Positions 46,628 through 55,616 of a DNA stretch of 64,000 bases are shown here, piece after piece. The stretch lies in the IMG/VR virus record IMGVR_UViG_3300025372_000001. One strand, written 5' to 3'. The notes under the pieces are model-generated. The model searched no databases and was not told the origin of the DNA. It saw nothing but the letters and a program-made list of their open reading frames with translations. Numbering within the stretch: the stretch's first letter is position 1; every line of letters starts with the position of its first letter. The position numbers and the translations under genes were made by a program. The stretch comes from a virus. Taxonomy: Duplodnaviria; Caudoviricetes.

Positions 46628-47589
46628 ATAATTATATAGTCACATGCTTTGAGACTATCAAGGTTCTTCCCGCCTGAATAACTTACACTAGATTTCAGAC
46701 TATCTTCAATTAATTTAATTTGCTCTTTTAAAGTTAATCCATTGGTATCAGTATGAATGATGGTTCCTTCGACATTAGAGGAATGACCTTTTGCTTTGGC
46801 GGTAGAATTACCGTAATAACCTTCACGAATGGCAGGAGAGTCGATACATTGAGAGAATAAGAATCCACTACAGACATAATTTGCTCCGAATCGAATAGCT
46901 TTGGCAATATCACCGATTGCAGGTTCTCTTGTTGCACATTTAGTAATACCTCCATCAGAGATGATTTTAATCTTATTTTTAGCTTGGGCCATTCGATAAA
47001 GATCACCAATAGAGGTCGAACCAAAACCGGTGAATTGACGGGTTCTACAACTTTGACTAATTCCAATATTAACCTTTGCAGCATCTACACCTAAATCTTC
47101 TAACCATCTGATCCAATCAGGATGATCCCCATTACCAACAATTAAATAAGCAGCAGGAAGATGTTCTTTAATATATTTGATCATTCTTTCTACTTGATCT
47201 TGCCAAGATAATGCAACATCAATAGTGATATAAAGATTATTTTTTTTATAATGGTCTTTAATCCATTGAACTAATTCATAATCAGAATCTTTAACTCCGA
47301 TAGAGACGGATGCAATATTCCAATTATCTTTTTCGACTCTGGTAAGGAAATCTTTAATTTGAGAATAGGGGCAAGTACGATGAAAGATATAGAACCACCC
47401 TGCTTTATCAAAGATTTCGCAAATATCTTCATTGATAATGGCTTTCATATTTGCAGGGAAAACCGGTGAATTGATTTTGATATGGCCTATAAGGGTAGAA
47501 ATATCACATTCTTTTCGTGAATTTATAATACATCTACCATGTTTAAGTAGAATATTTTCATAGGTTAGGTGTTGGGGTATGTTATTCAT
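46624..47589 (-). CDS. guaC: GMP reductase (GuaC, IMPDH/GMPR family)
   Basis: SPVFPANM, FYIFHR, ITIDVA, IVGN, KVNIGISQSCRTR..TGFG, IISDGGI, DIAKAI, YYGNST, SSVSYSG. Confidence 0.8.
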   Translation of the reverse strand: MNNIPQHLTYENILLKHGRCIINSRKECDISTLIGHIKINSPVFPANMKAIINEDICEIFDKAGWFYIFHRTCPYSQIKDFLTRVEKDNWNIASVSIGVKDSDYELVQWIKDHYKKNNLYITIDVALSWQDQVERMIKYIKEHLPAAYLIVGNGDHPDWIRWLEDLGVDAAKVNIGISQSCRTRQFTGFGSTSIGDLYRMAQAKNKIKIISDGGITKCATREPAIGDIAKAIRFGANYVCSGFLFSQCIDSPAIREGYYGNSTAKAKGHSSNVEGTIIHTDTNGLTLKEQIKLIEDSLKSSVSYSGGKNLDSLKACDYIII

Positions 47590-47590
47590 A

Positions 47591-48370
47591 TTAGTTAATC
47601 CAAGATTTTGCTACATTCCAATTACTTCCGGTAAAGTGCCGGAATTTTACTTTACTTCTATCATCAAACTTATTGATATAGAAAGTAGTATCAGATTCAC
47701 CGGGCCAAATAGTTAGGTTATATTCTACGGGAAGAATTTGCACATGTCTATTAAAATCTTCTACCGAATAAAATGTAGTAATCTTCTTGTCGGAATGAAC
47801 TCCATTATTAGGTAATTCTGTGAAGGGAATCCATGAATGACGCTTAATACCGAAAAGATCGTAGAAGACCGCCTGCTCACGGAATTCATTTAAAAATATT
47901 GATGGTGGTCTATTAGGAAATCCTTCATGAATAGTATATTCTCTTGACATTCGCTGAAAGCGATCTTCGTCAAGGATATTATCTACTAACTGTCGAGTCC
48001 AATCATTGATTCTCAATCCAAAAATACCGTGGCAGTACGAGTTTCCAGAGTCTATACAAATTGTCATAGACTTATCCTCGGCAGGTTCATAATCATCTAC
48101 CCAAGATTTTACCACAACATCCGCATCTTGTTGAATAATTATATCATTCTCTTTTAATGTTTCGCTTTTAATTAGTGATTGAATAATGCTCCATTTACAC
48201 CAAGTTAAGTTGCCGCGAAAAGGAACAGGATTATGTTCTTTCCGAATCTCTACATATTTAAATCCATGCAGTTCACAGTAATCTTTATTTCTAGGAGAAA
48301 TAATCTCGTCAAAAATCTTCTGGCGATAATCATTTTCTGGATAGGCACTGATAACAAATAGGTATTTCAT
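47591..48370 (-). CDS. GT34-like (GMA12/MNN10-type) glycosyltransferase
   Basis: NKDYCELHGFKY, WCKWSII, QDADVV, EQAVF. Confidence 0.7.
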   Translation of the reverse strand: MKYLFVISAYPENDYRQKIFDEIISPRNKDYCELHGFKYVEIRKEHNPVPFRGNLTWCKWSIIQSLIKSETLKENDIIIQQDADVVVKSWVDDYEPAEDKSMTICIDSGNSYCHGIFGLRINDWTRQLVDNILDEDRFQRMSREYTIHEGFPNRPPSIFLNEFREQAVFYDLFGIKRHSWIPFTELPNNGVHSDKKITTFYSVEDFNRHVQILPVEYNLTIWPGESDTTFYINKFDDRSKVKFRHFTGSNWNVAKSWIN

Positions 48371-48537
48371 TCAAATATATAATTCTTTAGATTGTTGAGA
48401 GCTTCTTTATATTCAGCTAATAATTTCTGGAAATGTGCATCATCTATTTCTTCCCAATACGAATACTCGTCCATGGCATAATGAAAGCCTTCAAAACTTA
48501 TAATTTCTTTAATATAATCTTTAGCGTTTTTGTCCAT
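48367..48537 (-). CDS. Small hypothetical protein (56 aa, missed by the ORF track)
   Basis: MDKNAKDYIKEIISFEGFHYAMDEYSYWEE…; ATGA overlap with the next gene. Confidence 0.55.
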   Translation of the reverse strand: MDKNAKDYIKEIISFEGFHYAMDEYSYWEEIDDAHFQKLLAEYKEALNNLKNYIFE

Positions 48538-48567
48538 CTTATTTTCTCAAATAAATTAATAGGTATT

Positions 48568-48786
48568 TCATCGATCTAGTAGATATGCTTGATAATATAT
48601 ATCAGCCAAATTCATTATCAATTCTTGAGCACGACTTTCATCCCAATGTTCGGATTTAGACATATTATATGCTATTTTTAAATATTCTCTAATATCAAAT
48701 ATTTTTTCTAATTTCATATTTCTATATTCAATTTGAAACTTTTCATGCTCATACATGGGAGCAGGTACAATTATATCTTCTATCAT
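48568..48786 (-). CDS. Small hypothetical protein
   Basis: 72-aa ORF. Confidence 0.5.
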   Translation of the reverse strand: MIEDIIVPAPMYEHEKFQIEYRNMKLEKIFDIREYLKIAYNMSKSEHWDESRAQELIMNLADIYYQAYLLDR

Positions 48787-49646
48787 AATCTCTTCAAAAT
48801 CTGATTACAAGTGCCCTCAAGCGTGAACCAATCATCGTATAATTCTTTCGCTTTTCTCAGCATACCATTATATCTTTCTTTATCATTATAAATTTCCATT
48901 AAAATATCATGCATGTGGTAAATTTGATCGGGTTTAATGATAACACAAAAATCTTGCCACTTCAATTGTTCTTCCCAAGGAAGCCAATGTTTATCTGAAA
49001 CATAAACAGGAACAGAATTTAATTGCATTGCCTCATATAATCTAAAACTGGCGGGCGCGTTCCCTCTTATCGCTAAAGTGAAAGCAGATTGTGAAGTTAT
49101 TGTAATAAATTCATCTAATTTTTCTGATGGTAATGTTTGTTGCCAATTTTCCATAGGAGGAAAATAACAATCTTTATATTTTCGTAATACTTCATAAGTG
49201 TATTGTCTTAAAGGGTGTGTCATCCTACCCACAAACGAACAAAGGTATTTTTTGTTGTCGGTGATTATTAGCTTTTCTTGGGGTATTTTAGACACTACTA
49301 ATGGAATAGGCACTTTATATGTTCCCGATCCTCTGTCGCTTGCAGCAGCAAATACAGTGGTATTACGGGGCAATGTATGTAATACCCCATCATCAAACTG
49401 AACAATTGTAAAATATTCTTCATTTTGTGGAAGAGCATTTAAATATTCCTGAACAGGGATAGGATTCTGTTGAACATATATAGGGGTCCACCAAACGGCT
49501 AGATATTTTTTATTAGTTTTAACTTTATCTTTGTTAGCATGAAATGCATTAAAGAAACTTTCCTCCAAATAAGTTTCAGGATTCGCATATGGTGGCATGG
49601 GAGGATACTCGGATTTTATCCTAAGTTTTGAAAAATCGTAAATCAT
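48783..49646 (-). CDS. Exostosin-like GT47 glycosyltransferase
   Basis: LCSFVG, SAFTLAIRGNAPASFRLYEAMQLNSVPVYVSD.HWLPWE..LKWQDFCV. Confidence 0.85.
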   Translation of the reverse strand: MIYDFSKLRIKSEYPPMPPYANPETYLEESFFNAFHANKDKVKTNKKYLAVWWTPIYVQQNPIPVQEYLNALPQNEEYFTIVQFDDGVLHTLPRNTTVFAAASDRGSGTYKVPIPLVVSKIPQEKLIITDNKKYLCSFVGRMTHPLRQYTYEVLRKYKDCYFPPMENWQQTLPSEKLDEFITITSQSAFTLAIRGNAPASFRLYEAMQLNSVPVYVSDKHWLPWEEQLKWQDFCVIIKPDQIYHMHDILMEIYNDKERYNGMLRKAKELYDDWFTLEGTCNQILKRL

Positions 49647-49647
49647 A

Positions 49648-50358
49648 TTATTTTAATTTCTCCTTAAAAAGTTCTAACAATTGCTCTTTATGCTCATAAT
49701 GACAATAATTACCATGAAGAAATAATAACTTCTCTTTAAAGGGAATTTCAAAGGTGTTATCTGTTCCATCCCATACTTTACCTGCAATAGACCCATACGT
49801 AAATGCAACATCGAACGGAAGAACATTAAACTTAATGTCTTTTAATTCAAAAAATCTATGTTTATTCACTAAAAGCCAGGTGAATACTTCCTGTTCATTA
49901 GCAAATGTTGGTTGCCCTGGAACAAGAGTTGTGCCATGCATAATAACATTAACTGCCTTCATTAAATTCCTAGTATTTTCCGTGGATTTGATACATATTA
50001 TTCCAGTACAATAATTGGGAAAATGAGGAAAAGGAGAATCAGATTGACATAGAACATCATAATCCTTCATTGCTTTTTGAACATAATCAAAGAAGTTCTG
50101 AACAATGATAATATCAGTATCCACAAAAAGATAATATTCTCCATCAGGAGTAGTCATTAACTCATTGTATAACAGTTCTGATTTTATTTGCATGAAGTTC
50201 TTCCATTCGGAAGAATTAAATTTTGGTTTCTCTCCTGCTAATTGTGGAGCTTCTACTGCTTTTAATTCCAAACGATCATCTTTAGGAAAAGATGGAAGAA
50301 AATATTCTTCATACATTTTTTTATGGCTTGGACTATATAATGTTACGATTTTCATCAA
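49648..50358 (-). CDS. Nucleotide-diphospho-sugar transferase (GT77-like)
   Basis: LFVDTDII, DVLCQSD, CTGIICIKSTENT, NEQ, LHGNY. Confidence 0.75.
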   Translation of the reverse strand: MMKIVTLYSPSHKKMYEEYFLPSFPKDDRLELKAVEAPQLAGEKPKFNSSEWKNFMQIKSELLYNELMTTPDGEYYLFVDTDIIIVQNFFDYVQKAMKDYDVLCQSDSPFPHFPNYCTGIICIKSTENTRNLMKAVNVIMHGTTLVPGQPTFANEQEVFTWLLVNKHRFFELKDIKFNVLPFDVAFTYGSIAGKVWDGTDNTFEIPFKEKLLFLHGNYCHYEHKEQLLELFKEKLK

Positions 50359-51225
50359 CTACTCAATATAACGTATTTGCTTTTCCGTATCAAGTCGCAT
50401 CGCTTCAAAAAAGTTTTCAGTAAATTCTTTTTCCCCTTCTGGAACAACTGTAAACTTTCCCCAAGGGCGTCTTTTGCACAGGTTATGTTGCAGGTGAAAA
50501 AACATCAAATTAACCACTAATTGATTAAAAGGACTGTTCTTGATTTTATTTTCATTATATCTCTTCTCTACAGAATCTTTATGAGAAACATTGTCATGAA
50601 ATATATGACAAATAATAGGCTTTTGGGGATCATTTAATAATTTCCCGCCATATAACATAATTAATCCAGCATACAATACATCAAATAAAGGTTGTCCAAT
50701 TAACATCTCGGGGTGCAAGTGGGCATATTTGTTCCACCATTCTTTTTTATAGCAAAAAAAATCGAAGCCAGCCGGTTCACTTCGGATAACATTAATTCCT
50801 TTCTGTTTAATTTCATTAAAACTATCAACTGGTTCAATGTCTAACCGAGATGCAGCAAAAGCAGGAACATCGTTTTGTTGCATATAATCAATAAAATTCT
50901 TAGTTAAGATACAATCACTATTAACATATGCAATATGAGTGATGGTCTTATCTTCTTGAGCTTTTTTATAAAGAATATCCAATATATCTTTAATAGATGG
51001 AATATCTTTTTCTGAATCATCTAGATAAAATCTAGAATTGATGTATAAATCAAATAAGGCAGGAATACCAAATCGAGAAATTTTCCCTTCGTTTTCAAAA
51101 GGAAATTGTAAGGCAACTAATTCAATTAAATCTGGATATTGTTGTTGTAAATGTATCCAAGATTCCCTTGCAATATCTTGTCGAATATTATTTCCGTATA
51201 TGTTCGTGCCTATAAGGATTTTCAT
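50359..51225 (-). CDS. Putative GT-A glycosyltransferase
   Basis: YVNSDCIL DxD-like motif, SRLD, GFDFF, IGQPLFD, CHIFH. Confidence 0.6.
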   Translation of the reverse strand: MKILIGTNIYGNNIRQDIARESWIHLQQQYPDLIELVALQFPFENEGKISRFGIPALFDLYINSRFYLDDSEKDIPSIKDILDILYKKAQEDKTITHIAYVNSDCILTKNFIDYMQQNDVPAFAASRLDIEPVDSFNEIKQKGINVIRSEPAGFDFFCYKKEWWNKYAHLHPEMLIGQPLFDVLYAGLIMLYGGKLLNDPQKPIICHIFHDNVSHKDSVEKRYNENKIKNSPFNQLVVNLMFFHLQHNLCKRRPWGKFTVVPEGEKEFTENFFEAMRLDTEKQIRYIE

Positions 51226-52025
51226 AAATTTCCGTAACCTCCTTTATTACATGCTAAACTTCTCAAATTACTAATTAATTCTTCCTGGGATGGTGCAAGA
51301 ATATTAGGCACATGAACATAATGCTCTGCCATGAATATCTTATAATCATTTTGTAAGGTATCCCATCTGTTTCCATTAGGATCAATCCTACTAATTGCAT
51401 CTGGATTATTCTTTATAAGAGAATCACTTAAACTTAAATCCCCAAAATTCCAAAACCCAAAACCGTATCGAGAAGTAGAGAACCTATATGCCCATTCCGC
51501 ATCAAAAAGACTCTTCATTTGCTCATTATATAATCCAATATCTTCTAATACTCTTAATGACCTATAAGTAAACTCATTGGTCATATTCTTATAGAAATAA
51601 ATGATTAAATCATCATTATATCGAATTTTATGTCTAGGTGTTCTTGCTCCAACTGGTCCACTTTCCCATCCATAACTGGCAAATGAAAAATATTCTATTC
51701 CCGTTATTTTTGCAGCATTAATATATTTCTCAAAAATAGTTTCATCTAGACAAACCATGTCATCTTCGCATAAAAAAATATGCACATTACCTAATTGTTG
51801 GGCAATCTTTAATCCATCATTTCTAGCAGATGCAATATTCTTAACCTTCTCATGTTGAATCCAAATCAATTTATTATCTGGTAGATTATAAGATTTGGTG
51901 TAAGGATTGCCTCCATTTACTACAATAACTTTATCTACTTTATGAAACGGCATACTATTCCATAAGGTATCGAAATAGTTTTCCGAATTAAAAGTAGTAA
52001 TAATTAAGGTAATTTTGTCATTCAT
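51222..52025 (-). CDS. GT2 glycosyltransferase
   Basis: LIITTFN, VIVVNGG, NIASARNDGL, FLCEDD, IGLYNE. Confidence 0.85.
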   Translation of the reverse strand: MNDKITLIITTFNSENYFDTLWNSMPFHKVDKVIVVNGGNPYTKSYNLPDNKLIWIQHEKVKNIASARNDGLKIAQQLGNVHIFLCEDDMVCLDETIFEKYINAAKITGIEYFSFASYGWESGPVGARTPRHKIRYNDDLIIYFYKNMTNEFTYRSLRVLEDIGLYNEQMKSLFDAEWAYRFSTSRYGFGFWNFGDLSLSDSLIKNNPDAISRIDPNGNRWDTLQNDYKIFMAEHYVHVPNILAPSQEELISNLRSLACNKGGYGNL

Positions 52026-52027
52026 CT

Positions 52028-53233
52028 CTAATGCCCAAATCCTACCTTTCTTACCGGTTTAACTATATTACCATTATCTTCTGCATTATAAATATCAGCA
52101 AGGACCATTCGTTCTTGGGGTGGATCAATACCATATAACTTCTGATACAAGGCTTCTGTCTTTTCTCTAGATAACTTCTCAAAGAAGTGTTTAATGAACA
52201 TTCTTCCTCTGCGTTTTAATGCAGAATCAATTTTATCTTCGGAAGTATTGAATGTTGCAATTATTTTGAAATTTAACACTGATCCCATAATACCATCTGA
52301 TAAATTCAGAATAATGCTCATGGCAGAATTGGTTTCATCTTGTTCCCTTGAAATCAAAACTTTCTCTGCATCTTCAATCAACAACAAGCTGTTGGAATAT
52401 TGTTTAATGAATCCAAGAAAAGCAGGATCACTCAATGCTTCTACATAACAAGGCGGAATATAAATCTTCCGAACAGAAGGAAGTTGATTAAGAAGATACT
52501 TAATATAATTGGTCTTACCTGAACCAGGTTCTCCGTGAAGAAGAGCAATTCTATTATTTTGTAAAGAGAAATCTTGTGCCCAATCTATAATCTTTTCATG
52601 AACCCCTTTAAATTTATCATCATAATTTTCATCAATATCAAGATCAAATCCAGTGATTGTATAAGGGCGAAGAACCATTTCTCCGTATTCATTCTTCTCA
52701 AATAAGTGAATATTATGATTGGTATCTTTTTTGACTTCGAAAAGGTTGCGAAATTCTACAACATTATTCTTATAATCTGTATTGATATTATAATAAACAT
52801 TTACAGTGAAGGTTTTATTATCATCTGCATCATAAGAACGTTCAGTAGAAACGCTTAATTGAATAGTTGCTTCATTAGCAAGATTAACAAATGTGATATT
52901 TTCATTAGAATTATAACGAGAATCACTTGTACAAGTAAAGATTACATAATTCTGTTTTAGAATATATTCTAATACTTTATCTAAGTTTTTCTTAGAGACT
53001 TTGAAACAAACTGTGGATGCAACTTGTTCAAAGAGCATAAAGTAAATACCTTCAGCACTATAAAATAAATCTCTATGAATGAGAAGTTCCTGGGGAAACT
53101 TGTAATCTTCAAATCGAGAAAACTTATTAATGATTTCTGAATTTAAAAAAGAATAATTTTCTAATTCGAATGCTTCTCCTGAAGGAATTGCAGAGGAGGA
53201 AAATCCAGGAACAGTTACATGTGCTCGACTCAT
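52028..53233 (-). CDS. AAA+ ATPase (BCS1-like clade)
   Basis: LLHGEPGSGKT, LLLIEDAE, LNLSDG, TFN, DSALKRRGR. Confidence 0.88.
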   Translation of the reverse strand: MSRAHVTVPGFSSSAIPSGEAFELENYSFLNSEIINKFSRFEDYKFPQELLIHRDLFYSAEGIYFMLFEQVASTVCFKVSKKNLDKVLEYILKQNYVIFTCTSDSRYNSNENITFVNLANEATIQLSVSTERSYDADDNKTFTVNVYYNINTDYKNNVVEFRNLFEVKKDTNHNIHLFEKNEYGEMVLRPYTITGFDLDIDENYDDKFKGVHEKIIDWAQDFSLQNNRIALLHGEPGSGKTNYIKYLLNQLPSVRKIYIPPCYVEALSDPAFLGFIKQYSNSLLLIEDAEKVLISREQDETNSAMSIILNLSDGIMGSVLNFKIIATFNTSEDKIDSALKRRGRMFIKHFFEKLSREKTEALYQKLYGIDPPQERMVLADIYNAEDNGNIVKPVRKVGFGH

Positions 53234-54069
53234 TAGGATAATAGTTGTTTGTTGGCAAAACGTTTTTCAATATCAATTAAAGCAGCAAGAACATCGTCTT
53301 GAGAAAATCTTGGGGCATCTTGAGGAAAGTAACCGAAAGTTTCTTTAAAGAGTTGCCAAGAATAACTAAAATTAGATTTGAATTCAGGATCATTTCTAAT
53401 GACAGATTTTTCATGGTTCGCATCTTGATCAGAGATATATAGGAATGAGTTTAACACATCAGCATGATAAAGTAAAGGGGTTCCTCGTTCATTAAGGAAA
53501 ATCTTTTGATGTTGGGCTAAATGTTCTGCGGCATTTAAATATCTTTCATCAAAATATCCGCCATCTTCAATCATATCTGCTCGAATTAAGGTAAATGCTT
53601 GAAAGGAATGTAGATAAATATCTACTTCTTTATTGGTATATTTAACTGTTGCCCGTTTCTTGGGAGTTCCATCATCATTGACATTTCCGCCACTAATTCC
53701 GCCATGTAAACCGTACGATAGTTGTGCTGCCCATAGTCCGCTATCAGCAGCAGTAAGAATATATTCTTCAAATACTTTATTATCTTTGATAACGATGTCA
53801 TCTTCGGCAAGGAAGATATATTTGAAACCGTCTTGGGAGGCTTTGCGCATTCCCATATTCTTTGCAATTCCGACAGGAACTTTACGTCTGGCTTGAAGAA
53901 CCTCTACATCAGGAGGATAGTTGTCATAGGCTTGACCTGCATTGATGATATAGATTTTTGCAACAGCATCACGGTTAATGGAATTGACGAGGTTTTTACA
54001 AAAATCTGAACGATTGCATGTAATAATGACTACGGCAGTTTCTTCTTTAAATCGATTAATTTCTGACAT
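53233..54069 (-). CDS. GT2 glycosyltransferase
   Basis: VVIITCNR, VGIAKNMGM, FLAEDD, GYFDERY..AAEH; paralogue of 51222-52025. Confidence 0.85.
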   Translation of the reverse strand: MSEINRFKEETAVVIITCNRSDFCKNLVNSINRDAVAKIYIINAGQAYDNYPPDVEVLQARRKVPVGIAKNMGMRKASQDGFKYIFLAEDDIVIKDNKVFEEYILTAADSGLWAAQLSYGLHGGISGGNVNDDGTPKKRATVKYTNKEVDIYLHSFQAFTLIRADMIEDGGYFDERYLNAAEHLAQHQKIFLNERGTPLLYHADVLNSFLYISDQDANHEKSVIRNDPEFKSNFSYSWQLFKETFGYFPQDAPRFSQDDVLAALIDIEKRFANKQLLS

Positions 54070-54098
54070 TTTAATTATGATAATTTACCATAAATGAT

Positions 54099-54455
54099 TT
54101 AAGGTTTCAATAAATATGTCAGAGTATCAGCATTAATTTTTCTTAACAGTTTAGAATTAGAATTGTTCATTATAGATAAATCTATTGCCATCGTAATAAT
54201 CCGTTCCCATTCTAATTGGGTATCTTTTTCTAAATCTTTGAATCTTCTTCTATCAGGATAGATAATGTTCCATATGATTGAAGTAATTTCCCAGTCAGAT
54301 AATTTATCCGGTTTGGTTTTATCTATATCAAAAGCATTCCAAGATGATCCTGACTTTCCGTTACAAATACAACAAGTATCTTGATATTCTGTTCCAATGG
54401 AGAAGTCGCCCATCCATTGTAACCCTGTTCCGTTACATGCTTTACAGTTATTCAT
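54099..54455 (-). CDS. Small protein with a DnaJ-type CxxCxG Zn motif
   Basis: CKACNGTG…CCICNG; start probably MNNCKAC at 54455. Confidence 0.55.
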   Translation of the reverse strand: MNNCKACNGTGLQWMGDFSIGTEYQDTCCICNGKSGSSWNAFDIDKTKPDKLSDWEITSIIWNIIYPDRRRFKDLEKDTQLEWERIITMAIDLSIMNNSNSKLLRKINADTLTYLLKP

Positions 54456-54459
54456 AATA

Positions 54460-54591
54460 TTAAAATAAATCAGAATCGTCAACCGTTTTTGATTTTAAAA
54501 AATCTGTAAATTCTTCTAATGCGAGTATCAACCCTTCTGTGCTCCAATTTCTCATTTGCGGAACATCAAAAAATACTTCGTGTTCATTCAT
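54460..54591 (-). CDS. Small hypothetical protein (43 aa, missed by the ORF track)
   Basis: MNEHEVFFDVPQMRNWSTEGLILALEEF…; fills the intergenic gap. Confidence 0.4.
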   Translation of the reverse strand: MNEHEVFFDVPQMRNWSTEGLILALEEFTDFLKSKTVDDSDLF

Positions 54592-54608
54592 ATCAGTTAT
54601 TTTTATTC

Positions 54609-55613
54609 TCATGATAACTTATCATACATCAGTTGACACTTTTGTGCAACCTTTTTCTTCAAATCACCCGATAAATTCATCAAATTCTCCATCGGCCAAT
54701 TACCCAATGTCTCTTTAATATCAACAACCTTGAATTCCTTAATCTCACTGGTTTCACTATCTATCTGTTGCACTTTTTCCCTAATAGTATTAGTTCTTAA
54801 TTCCAACGGATTCATTGCTAATACTTTACTCTTCCATTTCTCTCCAACTTCTCCCATCACATAATCAATGGAAACGAAATTACCAGGAACTATGCCTAAT
54901 TGAGATTCATTATGAATATGATAAAATCTAGGAGAAACAGTATTTTCTATTTTTTCTACTTTTAATGTATCAGTATCCAAAATATGGATAAAATTATCAT
55001 TATTAGCTTCACCATAATTTAATTGCATAGGAGAACCTAAATAATGAAAGGTTCTTTCCCCATAAGAACGTTGTTGTGGTTTGTGGTAATGTCCTGAGAA
55101 GGTAATAAGGCATCTTTCCATGAGTTCTGCTGCTTTTAAACCATGAGTAGATAGTTTACCCTTGCTCATTTCAAATGATTGAACATCCCAATGTCCTATT
55201 ACTATTTTAGAATTAAAAGGAATCTGTTCTAGACTTGTTCCCCAAGGACAATATACAATATCATCAATAGTTGTAACTTCTTCATCAATAATTCTAACAT
55301 TCTTTCTTGTTTTAAAAATTGATAGAGAAGTAACTTCTGAATGTTCTAGATAAAAAGAACAATGGTTTCCGCTAGTGATAGTAACATTAAAATCTTTTAA
55401 AATATCTAGAAATAGATGACCAACATTTAAAGTGAGAAGGGAGATTGAACTTCTATTATGAAAGAAATCTCCGGCAATGATAATATCAGAAATATTTAAA
55501 CCTTTTAAGGTGTCTCTTAGCCATCTAGCGTAATCTAAATGGATGGTATGAAACAGAGCGGAATCTTTAAGATTTCCGATATGTAAATCTGATATAATTG
55601 CTTTTTTACTCAT
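54609..55613 (-). CDS. gp47: Recombination endonuclease nuclease subunit gp47 (Mre11/SbcD-like)
   Basis: ISDLHIG, AGDFFHNR, SGNH, GHWD, SGHYH, YLGSP. Confidence 0.93.
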   Translation of the reverse strand: MSKKAIISDLHIGNLKDSALFHTIHLDYARWLRDTLKGLNISDIIIAGDFFHNRSSISLLTLNVGHLFLDILKDFNVTITSGNHCSFYLEHSEVTSLSIFKTRKNVRIIDEEVTTIDDIVYCPWGTSLEQIPFNSKIVIGHWDVQSFEMSKGKLSTHGLKAAELMERCLITFSGHYHKPQQRSYGERTFHYLGSPMQLNYGEANNDNFIHILDTDTLKVEKIENTVSPRFYHIHNESQLGIVPGNFVSIDYVMGEVGEKWKSKVLAMNPLELRTNTIREKVQQIDSETSEIKEFKVVDIKETLGNWPMENLMNLSGDLKKKVAQKCQLMYDKLS

Positions 55614-55616
55614 TAG

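Noticed and set aside
52028-53233. AAA ATPase as the missing gp44 clamp loader
   Set aside because: Lacks RFC boxes and the SRC motif, and has a long unrelated N-terminal domain
40021-54069. Giant-virus (NCLDV) or bacterial chromosome origin suggested by the glycosylation genes
   Set aside because: Flanked by and co-oriented with gp46, gp47, gp55, uvsW and T4-type baseplate genes, with no change in gene density
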